Assembly (NCBI GenBank): GCA_963761825.1
Contig: CAVXIH010000002.1
Span: 526,291 to 590,290, forward strand
DNA: 64,000 nt
From: an uncultured Acidobacteriota bacterium
Lineage (GTDB): Bacteria > Acidobacteriota > UBA6911
Direction: 5' to 3'
Shown: piece after piece, positions 29,689 through 40,994 of the stretch
Layout: each line of letters opens with the position of its first letter
Position numbering within the stretch: the stretch's first letter is position 1
Translations under genes and position numbers: made by a program
The notes under the pieces: model-generated
What the model was told of the DNA's origin: nothing
The model's input: the letters and a program-made list of their open reading frames with translations, nothing else
The model's database searches: none

Positions 29689-32343
29689 ATGAACTATGGT
29701 CGTTTGTTGCCTACTGCGCTGCTTGTTGCGGCGTTGACTGCTTGCTTCTTTTGCAGCGCCGGCGCTCAGGAGTACAAGGGACTGCCCTATATGAATCCCG
29801 CGCTCACTGTCGAAAGGCGCGTGGATGATCTCGTCGGACGCATGACGCTGGAAGAGAAGATCTCTCAGACGCTCAATAACGCGCCGGCCATCGAGCGGCT
29901 TGGCATTCCTGCCTATGAGTGGTGGAACGAAGCTTTGCATGGAGTCGCGCGCGCCGGAGTCGCCACGGTGTTTCCGCAAGCCATAGGCCTCGCCGCCATG
30001 TGGGACGATAGCCAATTATTTTCGGTCGCGACAGTCATTTCCGATGAAGCCCGGGCGAAACATCACGAGTCTATCCGTCAGGGACTGCACGGGCGCTATC
30101 AGGGACTGACATTCTGGTCCCCCAACATCAACATATTCCGCGATCCCCGCTGGGGCCGGGGCATGGAAACATACGGCGAAGATCCCTATCTCACCGGCCG
30201 ACTGGGCATCGCTTTCATCAAGGGTCTTCAGGGGGATGATCCAAAATACTTCAAAGTCATTGCAACGGCAAAGCATTATGCGGTTCATAGCGGTCCGGAG
30301 CCAAAACGCCACCTCTTCGATGCGCAGGCGAGCGACCGGGACCTCTACGAAACGTACCTTCCTCATTTCCGCGCGACCGTTATCGAAGGCAAGGTCTATT
30401 CGATTATGGGCGCCTATAACCGCTTCCGCGGCGAGTCGGCCAGCGCGCACCAGTTGCTTCTGCAGGATTTGCTCCGCGACAAATGGGGATTCCAGGGTTA
30501 CGTCGTTTCCGACTGCGGCGCGATTCGCGACATCTATGCCACCCATAAGATTGTCAAAACCGCCGAAGAAGCGTCTGCCCTGGCTCTCAAGCGCGGTTGC
30601 GATCTCGACTGCGGCAATGAATACAAGGCGCTCGCAGGCGCAGTCCAGCAGGGTCTCCTGACCGAGAAGGAACTGGACATATCGGTGAAACGGCTTTTCA
30701 CCGCCCGGATGAAGCTGGGCATGTTCGACCCACCGGAGATGGTGAAATGGGCCCAGATTCCCTACTCGGTCAATGACTCTCCGGAAAACGCGCGCCTGGC
30801 CGAGGAGACTGCCCGGAAATCCATCGTGCTTCTTAAAAATAGTGGCAATGCGCTTCCGCTGGGCAAGAATCTTCGCACTATTGCGGTGATCGGTCCCAAT
30901 GCCGACGACGCCGAAGTCCTGCTGGGCAACTACAACGGCACGCCGTCGCATTCGATCACACCGCTTGCAGGCATCCGCGCAAAAGTCGGCTCAAAAACCA
31001 ACGTTCTCTATGCACGCGGCTGCGATATAGCCGAAGGCATGGTTTCGTACGAGCCTGTTCCCGATCAGGCGTTCTCAACTACGGTCAATGGTCAACTCCG
31101 GAGCGGCGTCACCGTAGAATTCTTTAACAACTTCCAATACGAAGGCAAACCGGTCCGGACCGAAATCAGCACCAATATCAAAGCCTCATGGGGCAATGAC
31201 GCACCCTATCCGGAACTGGTGGACAATCAGTTCGCAGTCCGCTGGTCCGGGCAAATCAAAGTGGCCGTAACAGGCGAGTACACGCTGCGTGCTGCAGGGG
31301 GATTCGGACGGCTGACACTCGACGGAAAGCAGCTCGGCGTTAGAGGCTCAATGGCACCGCAGTTTGTCACCCTCGAAACAGGAAAATCCTACCCGATCAC
31401 ACTCGAAATGGCTGACCGGTTTGGCGGGATGGATGTGGAGCTCCAGTGGTCCTTGCGCGGCCGCGACTACGCCGCTGAAGCGATTACAGCCGCGAAAAAG
31501 GCCGATGTCGCTATTCTATTCCTGGGCCTTTCTCCCCGCCTCGAAGGAGAGGAAATGCCGGTGCAGGTAAAGGGATTCTCCGGCGGTGATCGTTTGACCA
31601 TCGACCTGCCCAAGGTCCAGGAGGATCTCATGCGCGCCGTAGCCGCAACCGGAACTCCCACGGTGCTTGTGCTTCTCAACGGCAGCGCCCTGGCTGTCAA
31701 CTGGGCAGACGCAAACATTCCAGCCATCGTCGAGGCGTGGTACCCTGGTCAGGCCGCAGGCACCGCAATCGCAGACGTGCTCTTTGGCGACTACAATCCG
31801 GCCGGTCGGCTTCCGGTCACATTTTATAAGTCGCTGGATCAGATGCCTCCGTTTGAAGATTATTCGATGAAGGAACGCACCTACAAATACTTCAGCGGAA
31901 AGCCGCTCTATCCGTTTGGACACGGCCTCAGCTATACGACGTTTGCTTACAAAAACTTAAAAGTTCCCAAGTCGGTCAAGGCCGGAGATCCGGTAATGGT
32001 TTCGGTTACCGTTAAAAATACCGGCCGTCGAGCGGGGGACGAAGTGGTTCAATTATATAGTTCCGACCGCAAGGCCTCAGCCCCGGTGCCGATCAGGAAA
32101 CTTGTTGGCTTCCGCCGTGTAACCCTTAAAGCAGGCGAATCGCAGACTGTGTCGTTCACGATCGATGCCCGGGAACTGTCGCTCATCACCGACGACTCGC
32201 GCCGCGTGCTTGAGCCGGGCGTTTTCATTCTGTCGGTGGGCGGCAAGCAGCCGGGATTTAGCGGGACCGCGGATACGACAACAACTAAAGTCTTAACAGG
32301 CCAGTTCACCCTAGCAGGCGACCCGGTGGAACTCGAGCGTTAG
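29689..32343 (+). CDS. GH3 beta-glucosidase/xylosidase with PA14 and Fn3-like domains
   Basis: WWNEALHG, RDPRWGRGMETYGEDP, KHYAVH, VVSDCGA nucleophile, EGEE..GDR, WYPGQ and YPFGHGLSY. Confidence 0.96.
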   Translation: MNYGRLLPTALLVAALTACFFCSAGAQEYKGLPYMNPALTVERRVDDLVGRMTLEEKISQTLNNAPAIERLGIPAYEWWNEALHGVARAGVATVFPQAIGLAAMWDDSQLFSVATVISDEARAKHHESIRQGLHGRYQGLTFWSPNINIFRDPRWGRGMETYGEDPYLTGRLGIAFIKGLQGDDPKYFKVIATAKHYAVHSGPEPKRHLFDAQASDRDLYETYLPHFRATVIEGKVYSIMGAYNRFRGESASAHQLLLQDLLRDKWGFQGYVVSDCGAIRDIYATHKIVKTAEEASALALKRGCDLDCGNEYKALAGAVQQGLLTEKELDISVKRLFTARMKLGMFDPPEMVKWAQIPYSVNDSPENARLAEETARKSIVLLKNSGNALPLGKNLRTIAVIGPNADDAEVLLGNYNGTPSHSITPLAGIRAKVGSKTNVLYARGCDIAEGMVSYEPVPDQAFSTTVNGQLRSGVTVEFFNNFQYEGKPVRTEISTNIKASWGNDAPYPELVDNQFAVRWSGQIKVAVTGEYTLRAAGGFGRLTLDGKQLGVRGSMAPQFVTLETGKSYPITLEMADRFGGMDVELQWSLRGRDYAAEAITAAKKADVAILFLGLSPRLEGEEMPVQVKGFSGGDRLTIDLPKVQEDLMRAVAATGTPTVLVLLNGSALAVNWADANIPAIVEAWYPGQAAGTAIADVLFGDYNPAGRLPVTFYKSLDQMPPFEDYSMKERTYKYFSGKPLYPFGHGLSYTTFAYKNLKVPKSVKAGDPVMVSVTVKNTGRRAGDEVVQLYSSDRKASAPVPIRKLVGFRRVTLKAGESQTVSFTIDARELSLITDDSRRVLEPGVFILSVGGKQPGFSGTADTTTTKVLTGQFTLAGDPVELER

Positions 32344-32371
32344 CGTACACCTTGTCTGGGAATGCCGCCGT

Positions 32372-32592
32372 CTCGGCTAATGCCGCATACTTTTCGCGCC
32401 CGCAGGGCGCCTTCGGAGTGCGGCAGCTTGCTGCCGCTTTGAGGTTTCCCGTTTCCAGTTTCCCGTTCCCGGTTAATATCCTGCATTCAAAACGGGGAAC
32501 CGGGAACCGGAAACGCGTAAACGGCCAAAGCGGCAGCAAGCTGCCGCACTCCGAAAGCTTCGCCCTGCAAAAAGTATGCGGCATTAGCCGAG
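32372..32592. mobile_element. Nested MITE-like element: 23-bp terminal inverted repeats around a REP pair and heptamer arms
   Basis: CTCGGCTAATGCCGCATACTTTT / AAAAGTATGCGGCATTAGCCGAG; inner GGAGTGCGGCAGCTTGCTGCCGCTTT pair. Confidence 0.75.
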
Positions 32593-32649
32593 CCGCCGGG
32601 GCTTCAGGAATACAGATCAAAATAATATGGATGGCGAAAAATCATGATT

Positions 32650-33207
32650 ATGAAAGAACTCAAGCGGTGCCCGTGGCCCACCAATGATCCTTTAATGATT
32701 GAGTATCATGATATGGAATGGGGGGTGCCAATGCATGACGACAGGAAGATATTCGAGTTCCTTGTGCTCGAGGGCATGCAGGCGGGTTTGAGTTGGGCAA
32801 CCGTTCTTCGGAAGAGAGAAAATTTCCGCAAGGCCTATAAGGGTTTTGATCCTCACATCGTGGCAAAATTCACGCAGCGAGACCTTGAACGTCTTCTCAA
32901 CGATCCGGGCATTATTCGCAACCGGCTAAAGATTAAGGCGTCCATTGCCAATGCCAGAGCTTTTCTTGCCGTGCAGAAGGAATTTGGCTCTTTTGACAAG
33001 TACATGTGGCAGTTCGTCGGAGGAAAGCCGATCAAGCACCGTCTCCGCGCGATGTCGCAAATGCCCGCAACATCGCCGGAATCCGACCGGTTCAGCCGGG
33101 ACCTGAAGCAACGCGGATTCAAGTTCGTGGGCTCGACCATAATCTACGCACACATGCAAGCTACCGGCATGATCAACGATCATCTGATGAGCTGTTTTCG
33201 CTACTAA
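32650..33207 (+). CDS. tag: DNA-3-methyladenine glycosylase I
   Basis: RCPW, YHDMEWG, LEGMQAGLSW, IIRNRLKI, GFKFVG and NDHLMSC. Confidence 0.96.
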   Translation: MKELKRCPWPTNDPLMIEYHDMEWGVPMHDDRKIFEFLVLEGMQAGLSWATVLRKRENFRKAYKGFDPHIVAKFTQRDLERLLNDPGIIRNRLKIKASIANARAFLAVQKEFGSFDKYMWQFVGGKPIKHRLRAMSQMPATSPESDRFSRDLKQRGFKFVGSTIIYAHMQATGMINDHLMSCFRY

Positions 33208-33280
33208 AATAATCCAAACTTTTCTTGCTTTTCAACTGGGTCCGGCTGAAGCCCCGACCCTCAGAAAAACTGTCCGAACT

Positions 33281-34898
33281 TCAGATTGGGGCTTTCGGGG
33301 CTCTTTTGTCCTCTACTATTGCGTCGATGGATATTTCCGGAATTGTGCAAATGATCAGGAACGTCAGCAGCATCGCCACGGCGCCGATGAGGAAGATAAT
33401 TTTCAGGCCGGCTTCCATAGAAAGACGAATGGCCGAAACTGTTTTCTCAAAAACCATCGGCCCGTTGGCGCTTGTCTTTATGGATGGTTTCCCGCAGCGA
33501 TTCCATCGCCGGTGCCGACAGAAGTACACGGGGATTGCCCAAAGAGGTCATAGTGGCTTTATCCGCCAATTGGGACACCTCGGCCGGGAGCGACGCTTCC
33601 AGCGTGCTGGTGTATTTCATATTCATGGCAGAGCCTAAAATCGCAGGCGCGAGCGACTGCCCGATCATGACGCTGAAATACAGCGCACCCATCACTACAC
33701 CCAGTAGCCGTCTGGGAACGGCATATTGAGCCACAAGAGTGTTGAGTGTGGGGATGGATCCCATGCTCATGCCCGCTAGTGTGAACGCAATGAACCCCCA
33801 CCAGACCGGAGTTGCCGCATTAAAGAAAATCACCGCGGCCATAATCGCCAGCGTTAACCCGTAGCTCAGAACGAACATCCATTTATAGCGCTTTGTGCGG
33901 GCGACTATATATCCTGTAAGAACTCCGAGAAAATTCATCAGAACATTGCCGGGAGTCATGATCTGTCCCGTCAACGTTGCACTGACTCCTTGAACGCCCT
34001 GCATCAAAAGAGGGTAATAGATCATAAGCCCGGCCATGCCAAAAGACGAGAGCAATCCCGCCGATGCGAGAGTTATAAAAGTACGATTCTTGAGCACCTG
34101 CAGATCCACAATCGGTTCCTCTGCGCTTGCTTCGGCCTTTAAAAAAAGCACCCAAACTACAATGGATATTGCCAGCAATCCAAGCACCTGAATGGACACC
34201 CAGGGATAGATTGTTCCCGCCATGGAAAACGCCAGGATCATGGTCGAAGAAGCCACAGCGGCAAATAAGGCGCCGCGAGAATCGATTTTGGGTTTGGCAT
34301 GCTGCGCCCGGCCGGACAAGAAGAACACCACCATCAGAATGGAAAGGAGCAACAGCGGCGACCCACACCAAAAGATATAACGCCAGCCGGGTTTATCCAC
34401 GAACCATCCCCCAAGAGTCGGGCCGATGAAGGCGAAGATTCCGGCAGGAATATTGAGAAATCCGATCCACTTGCTGCGTTCGGAAGACTCGAACATGTCT
34501 CCCAGTACCGAAAAACAGAGAGGCGCCAACCCGCCCTGCCCGATCGAGAGAAAAGTGCGGGCGATTATGAGCATCACAAAACTTGAGCTGAAAGCACACC
34601 AGAACGTGCCCAACAGGCATATGGCCAGAGATGCAATGAGCAATGCGCGCCGTCCATACAAGTCGGACAGTTTGCCTACCATAAGCATTGCAAAAGCGAG
34701 ACCCAGGTTGGGGATCGAAACGCCCCAGGAATACAAAGGCATTCCATCCAGATCTGCGGCTATTTTGGGGAATGCCGACAACAGAATCTGGAAATAGTAG
34801 CTGTATGTGAAGTATGTCAGAAAAACGGCAACCAGACCTAAAGTCGTCTGTTTTCCCGTTCCGGCCGATTCAATCGATTGCGGCTGCGCTGTTGTCAT
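33281..34898 (-). CDS. MFS transporter, DHA2-like 14-TM (frameshift near 33460)
   Basis: GKLSDLYGRR motif A, GPTLGGWF and GWRYIF; C-terminus in ORF 33281-33529. Confidence 0.9.
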
Positions 34899-35186
34899 TC
34901 CTCGGTCTCTCCCATATTCGCTTCATTGACGTATGCCACGTCTCCCGCGTTGAATGCCTTCCGGAACGACAAAGCATCGGATTGAGCCATTCATTGAATT
35001 ATGTGAATTTCGTTGAACGCAAGGTCCTTTGTGCCATTGATCATGCTTTGTATGCAAGCATATTATTTCATGCTATTGCAGAGATTCGAGATTCCAGATT
35101 CCAGATTCCAGAATTAAGGAATTCGGCGCATCTGACCGCTCATCGGTACGTGGTCGGAATCGAGTTCCTGCCCTTTTCAAGGAAAT

Positions 35187-37013
35187 CTAATCTCGAATCT
35201 CGGATCTCGAATCTCGAATTTGCAGCATACCCTTGCCGCTCGTTACGGTGCCAATCTCGTTGGTAACCGCAACGACATACGCGGCGGCGTCATCCAAGCG
35301 CACATTTTCCAGAGTCAGTGTTGGGTGCGTTGCCCCGCGTACAGGCTTGCCGTTCTTAAACCATTGGAAGCTTGCTTCCGGAATGGACGCGGCTTTGACG
35401 CGGAAGACTGCCGTTTTCCCCGGGCTTGCCTGTATCGACTTCGGCTGCGACAGGATCAGCGGAGCCATTTTGGGCATCCATCCTCCCAGCACGTAGGCAG
35501 GATTCCTATAGTCAGCGATTATTTTCGCATCCTTCTCCAGCGTCAACTGCCGTGAAGCCGGGTGACGCCGGCCGACATCGACGGGCTTCCTGTCGCTCAG
35601 GTTCGTGCTGTTATATTCCCAATAACGGACATTCGATGTATCGCCGCCGATCTCTCCCCATCCGACAGGGGAAATACCTGAAAGCGCACAATCAATCAAC
35701 ACCGCTTCGCAATAAGGATAGTTCTTCCCGCCATTGGTCGGGGCCCGGGCAATCACTGTTTCCTGGTTTCCTCTTGTCCTAAATATGCTGTTCACGAAAA
35801 CGTTGCCGTGATTGGCCGACGTGTTCCGAATCCACATATATGGACCGATAGAGCTCAGTTCACAATTCTGGAAAAAGGCAGGGCCGCGGCCAAGGATAGT
35901 ATCTCCGTCTCCGGTGATTTTGCAGTCGGTGAAATACGCGGCGCCGTTGGACTGCAGAGCATCCCCGGAACCTACAATGGTGACGTGGCTGACGATGATC
36001 TCTTCTCCGCTGAGCAGCAATCCTTCCGCCTGGCCGTAGGCGGTTGTTTTGATGGTGAGATTCACGAGATGAATTCCGCTCGAATGATCGACCGCAAATG
36101 CCGCCCGGCGCGAAGGAAAAGATACCGGACACCTCATTGGTTTTTATGTTTACCGGGTGCGGATTGAAGACTTCGTTGTTCGCATAAAATACGATTACTT
36201 TGTCTTGATCCTCACCAAGGATAGTAACGTTGGTTTTGTTGCGGAAATAGACTATCTCCTCATACATACCATTCTTGATGAAAACAGTGATGCGCTTAGG
36301 ATTGCGGTCTGGAATAAAATCCATGGCTCCCTGAACAGTATTGAAGTCCCCGGTGCCATCGGCACTGACTGTAATTTTGCTGGAATCAATCGGCGGCGGA
36401 GTTTTTCTAGTGCTGAATTTCCAGCCATTGACTCCAACAACCCCTTTGAAACTGCCATCCGGCAGAGTCAGCACTCCTGGATCAATTTGAACATAATAGG
36501 TTTTGTTATATTCCAGAAGATTGTTGTGCGGATAGATGGTTGCGGTGTTGTGGCGGATAATCACTGGGTAAAAATGGAACCCATCGGTAAAGCCACCGAT
36601 GATAGTCAGTTGATAATTATCAGGAGTGGGAAGCGCAGCGCCGGATGGCGTTCCCGCTTTTGTATTGGCATTGGTGAAGCGCCCCGAAACGTATTCGTAT
36701 GGGACCGGAGAATACGTCGCCGAGGGAGAAGGAGTAGGTTGGGTAGGACCAGGCGGGATGCTCAAGTCCAGAGTATCAACCAGACGATTATCCGCTGCAT
36801 CGTAAATGCGAATCTGTCCTGAATTCCCCAGGACAGGCGCACTTGGGAAAGTGAGGATCAGATGCGTATCAGGATTGACGTTTCTGGCGTTATGCGCCGG
36901 AAGCAGGACGATTGTCTGTGAAGCGGAAGGGGCGCCCGGCAAGCCATCCGATGATATATCTAACAGGCTAGCAGTATTGGGCATAGGAAGAATACTCTTA
37001 TAGTTTTTGCCAT
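35187..37013 (-). CDS. Pectinesterase-family (CE8-like) protein with Ig-like domains (frameshifts near 36960 and 36130)
   Basis: VSADGTGDFNTVQGAMD, IKNGMYEE, GQAEGL, GSGDAL, GDGDTILG and IARAP; C-terminal FQWFKNG Ig domain. Confidence 0.85.
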
Positions 37014-37216
37014 GGCAAACCCTCGCAGGCCGAAACATTTCGGGCTTCACTATACTATAAAATAGGGTACTGAGCGCAAACAGCTGAGAGCTGAAAGCTG
37101 ACAGCTGACAGCCTTCAGTTCTCAGCTCTTTCCACTTTGCCCCGTGTTTCTTTCCTTGTGTATCCGGCGAAAAGCCTTTATAAGGAAACCTTCCAATATA
37201 GGAGGAGTTTTCGACC

Positions 37217-38113
37217 ATGAAAAAAATAATAGCTATTATCGCCTTCCTGCTTTTAGGCGGTTTCTACGGCATTTCGAATGCGCGGGCAGCCGAACCCCAG
37301 GCCGCACCCGCCGGCGCAGCCTGCGACCGCGCGTGCCTGGCTGGATTCGTCACGCAGTATCTGGACGCGATGATCGCGCATAAACCGGAATCGTTGCCTG
37401 TCGCTGTCAACGTGAAGTTCACCGAGGACTGCAAAGAGCTGAAGCTAGGCGAAGGAATTTGGAAAAACATCGCTAAGCTGACAAATTACCGCAGGGATAT
37501 CCTGGACGTGCGCCAGGGCGTGGCCGTCTCGTTCCTTGTTGTCGAGGAGAACAGTTTGCCGGTTCTGTTTGTCATGAGGCTCAAGATCGTCGACAAAAAG
37601 ATCACCGAAATCGAGACGACGGCAGTCCGCGGCCAAAAAGAAGGGATGCTTTTCAACACACAAAATCTGCAGACCGCCAGCAAGACGATGACCTCCGCTG
37701 TGGACAAGGCACAGATGAATTCCAGGGAAGATATGATCAAGATGGCCCTGACATATCCGGCGGGACTGAAAATCGGCAGTTTCGTAAAAGTAGATTCGCC
37801 GATGGCGCCCGATGCCTACCGCTATGAAAACGGCCAGCTCATGGCCGGCCCAGGATGCACTTTTTTCAAGGGCTGCGACAACATGAAGACCCAGATGATT
37901 CCGACTTTGTCCCAGATCACCCATCGCGTGATCGCGGTCGATGAGGAACTCGGAATTGTAGCAGTGCGCATGAATTTCGGGCCCGGCTCTACTTTCGAGG
38001 GCAGCGGTGTGCTGGATGTCTGGCATTCGTTTAAAATCTATGGTGGCCAGATTCATGCTGCGGAAGCCTACTGCGAAATCGTCCCGACGGGAATGAAGTC
38101 AGGATGGGAATGA
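37217..38113 (+). CDS. Secreted protein of unknown function, paralog 2 of 3
   Basis: GGAGG RBS; signal peptide; CDRACL..YLDAMIAHKP, RLKIVDKKITEIE, RYENG, AVDEELG and KSGWE. Confidence 0.85.
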   Translation: MKKIIAIIAFLLLGGFYGISNARAAEPQAAPAGAACDRACLAGFVTQYLDAMIAHKPESLPVAVNVKFTEDCKELKLGEGIWKNIAKLTNYRRDILDVRQGVAVSFLVVEENSLPVLFVMRLKIVDKKITEIETTAVRGQKEGMLFNTQNLQTASKTMTSAVDKAQMNSREDMIKMALTYPAGLKIGSFVKVDSPMAPDAYRYENGQLMAGPGCTFFKGCDNMKTQMIPTLSQITHRVIAVDEELGIVAVRMNFGPGSTFEGSGVLDVWHSFKIYGGQIHAAEAYCEIVPTGMKSGWE

Positions 38114-38191
38114 TTGTAAATAAGGAGCCAGGAGACAGAATTCAGGAGTCAGAATAGCTGCGGCTAGATTCCTCATGGTGTATACGTCCGG

Positions 38192-39128
38192 ATGAAAGCA
38201 TTCACAGAAAGGTATGTCTGCCTGCTGGCGGCCTTCATTTTCTTTGCACCGGCGCTATTCGGTCAAAAAGAGCCGCAATTGCCCAAGATCGGGGTGCGGA
38301 TCAATCTGGTTTCACTGGATGTGGAAGTCCTCGATCGGAAGGGCAACCTGATCCAGGGATTAAATGGCTCCGATTTTGTTGTGGAAGAAAACGGCAGACG
38401 GATGGAGATATCCAATTTCGCCCTCTCTACCGGCAGGCCGATCAGCCTGACAGCAGTACTGGACACCAGCGCTCTTACCACGGAACAACTGTCGATCTGC
38501 AAAGAGTTCCTGCTCATCTTTGCCCACAAGCTGGACCATGCCGACGAACTCTGTTTCTATTCGTTCGACGCGAGAAATGTCTATCTCGAACAGGATTTAA
38601 CCACGGACCGCCCACTCCTTATGAGCGCGCTGGAAAATATCGGGGTGCCATCCAAAAGATCGCCGGGAGTGCTTATCGAGCTGTTCGGAGCAGGAGCCTC
38701 GAACAGGGCTCGCTATTGACCGGGCGCTGCGGAAGCTCGAGGAAGCCCACAATCCTAAGAAGGTTTTGCTGCTCATTTCCAACCGATTCAGAGGATTGGG
38801 ACCGGTAACCGTCGAGCACGTGCAGCAATCGGGTTGCACTTTGATAACGCTGGCTTTCCCCCACAAAGCGACCATGCTCGTATCGCTTGGAGGAGATGAG
38901 ATCAGCGCGCGCCAGCTCATGCGCGAATCGGGCGGCCGCAGCTTTTCCGCTGTAACGAAAGATATCGCAGAAGTCTGCCAGCAAGTTACGAATTCGCTGA
39001 AAACCTATTATTCGATCGGCTATCTCACGGATATAAAAGACGGCGACAAAAAGCCGAGGAAAATCCGCATCCGGGTTCCGGACCGCAAGTGCGCGGTACA
39101 TTTCCGCCGCACCTATATTCCCAGCTAA
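38192..39128 (+). CDS. VWA domain-containing protein, acidobacterial type (frameshift near 38695)
   Basis: NLVSLDVEVLDRKG, DFVVEENG, VLDTS, KVLLLIS, YYSIGY and RKIRIRV. Confidence 0.85.
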
Positions 39129-39141
39129 TCGTTATTTCAGA

Positions 39142-40935
39142 CTAACCGCAATATTTCCGGATTTCGGAGAGCAGCTCTTCGCCGTACTGTTCGAGCTTTT
39201 TCATGCCTATGCCCGAAACACGGAGCAGGGCGTCCTGCGTGAGCGGGCGCTTCCTGGCCAGGTCGCGCAGCGTGGCATCCGTGAAGACGATATACGCGGG
39301 CACGGCTCTTTGCTTCGCCAGCTCGCGGCGCAATTGGCGCAATATCTCAAAAAGCGCACGGTCGACGCCTTCCCAGGAATCCTTGGCCACGGACGGCTTG
39401 GGAGCGGCTTTCTTCTTTGGAGCCTCGAGCAGCAGCGGCTGTTCCATGCCTTTCAGCAAGCGGCGACCCTTTTCCGTCAGTTTCAGCACGCCATACTCGC
39501 CTGTCCGTTCGATGAACTCCTGTTCCGCAAGTTGCTCGATCCAATCTCTTACAGCGGACCGCGTCGAATCCTTAAGCAGGCCATAGGTGCTCAACGTGTC
39601 GTGCTTGTTGGCCAGGATGCGGTCTTCGCGGGAACCGATCAGCACGCCGGCAGTATATTCGGCGCCGAAGCGTTCTCCCTGGCGGATAATGCTGGATGCT
39701 ATCTTTTGCGCTACCACCAGCGCGTCCGGGACGCCCTCAATTTCTCCCAAACAGATATCGCACGCGCGGCAGTTTTCCTTGTCCAGATGCTGGCCGAAAT
39801 AGCCCAGGATCGCCCGATGCCGGCAGGCCACGCCGCTGCAATAGCGGTACATATGTCCCAGTTTCATCTTGCCGATATCAAACGTCTGCGATTCGGACTC
39901 CTCGAGGATGCGCTTCCAGGTCAGATAATCAGCCCCTGAATACAAGACGATGCATTCGGCCTCCAGTCCGTCCCGCCCCGCACGTCCGCTTTCCTGCTGG
40001 TAGTGCTCGAGTGACTTGGGCATCGCGGCATGAACGACATATCGGACATTGGATTTGTCGATGCCCATGCCAAAGGCTACTGTGGCTGCGATAATATCGA
40101 CTTCTTCCTCGATGAAAGCATCCTGGCTTCGCTTCCTCGCTTCATCCGGCATGCCCGCATGGTAGGGCACGACGCGGTATCCGTGGTCCGACAACGATTG
40201 AGTCATTTCATCGACGTCGGCACGCCGGATGCAGTAAATAATTCCGGACTCGCCTTTGTGACGATCCAACACTTCGCATATCTGCTTCAGCGCATTCGTG
40301 CGCCGGCGCACCCGGTACATGAGATTTGGGCGGTCGAACGCGCCGACCAGAATCTCAGGGCCATCGAGCCGCAACTGATCGGCGATATCGCGCCGCACGT
40401 GTTCGGTCGCGGTTGCCGTATATGCGCCGATAGGAACTCCGGGCAGCGCTTCCTTCAGGACATTGAGCTGGCGGTATTCCGGACGGAAATCGTGTCCCCA
40501 CATGCTGACGCAATGCGCTTCATCGATGGCAACAGAGGAAATGCCCCCGTTCTTGAGGAAATCCAGAAATCCCTGCATCATGAGCCGCTCCGGCGATACA
40601 TAGAGAAGCTTGAGTTGCCGCTCACGCAACTGATCGAATATCTTATTTCTTTCGGGATGGGACAGGGTGCTGTCCAGGCGGCCGGCGGCGATCCCGTTTT
40701 CCAGCAGGGAGTCTATCTGGTCTTTCATCAGCGAAATCAGCGGCGAAATGACGAGAGTCAGATGCGGCAAGAGCAGCGCCGGAGCCTGGAAGCACAGCGA
40801 CTTCCCTCCCCCGGTGGGGAGGACCACGATCGAGTCCCGCCCACGGCAAATGCATTCCATCGCCTGCTTCTGCAGAGGCAGAAACTTGTCGAATCCCCAG
40901 TACTTCCTTAAAACTTCTTCAATGCTTTCCGGCAT
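39142..40935 (-). CDS. recQ: ATP-dependent DNA helicase RecQ
   Basis: PTGGGKSLC, DEAHCVSMWGHDFRP, AFGMGIDK, QESGRAGRDG, RQC Zn motif and HRDC (PAYIVFTDATL). Confidence 0.97.
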   Translation of the reverse strand: MPESIEEVLRKYWGFDKFLPLQKQAMECICRGRDSIVVLPTGGGKSLCFQAPALLLPHLTLVISPLISLMKDQIDSLLENGIAAGRLDSTLSHPERNKIFDQLRERQLKLLYVSPERLMMQGFLDFLKNGGISSVAIDEAHCVSMWGHDFRPEYRQLNVLKEALPGVPIGAYTATATEHVRRDIADQLRLDGPEILVGAFDRPNLMYRVRRRTNALKQICEVLDRHKGESGIIYCIRRADVDEMTQSLSDHGYRVVPYHAGMPDEARKRSQDAFIEEEVDIIAATVAFGMGIDKSNVRYVVHAAMPKSLEHYQQESGRAGRDGLEAECIVLYSGADYLTWKRILEESESQTFDIGKMKLGHMYRYCSGVACRHRAILGYFGQHLDKENCRACDICLGEIEGVPDALVVAQKIASSIIRQGERFGAEYTAGVLIGSREDRILANKHDTLSTYGLLKDSTRSAVRDWIEQLAEQEFIERTGEYGVLKLTEKGRRLLKGMEQPLLLEAPKKKAAPKPSVAKDSWEGVDRALFEILRQLRRELAKQRAVPAYIVFTDATLRDLARKRPLTQDALLRVSGIGMKKLEQYGEELLSEIRKYCG

Positions 40936-40994
40936 CCGGACAGTTTAGAACCGGAGGCAGGCCTCGACAACTGTTATATGCCCGGACGATTTTT

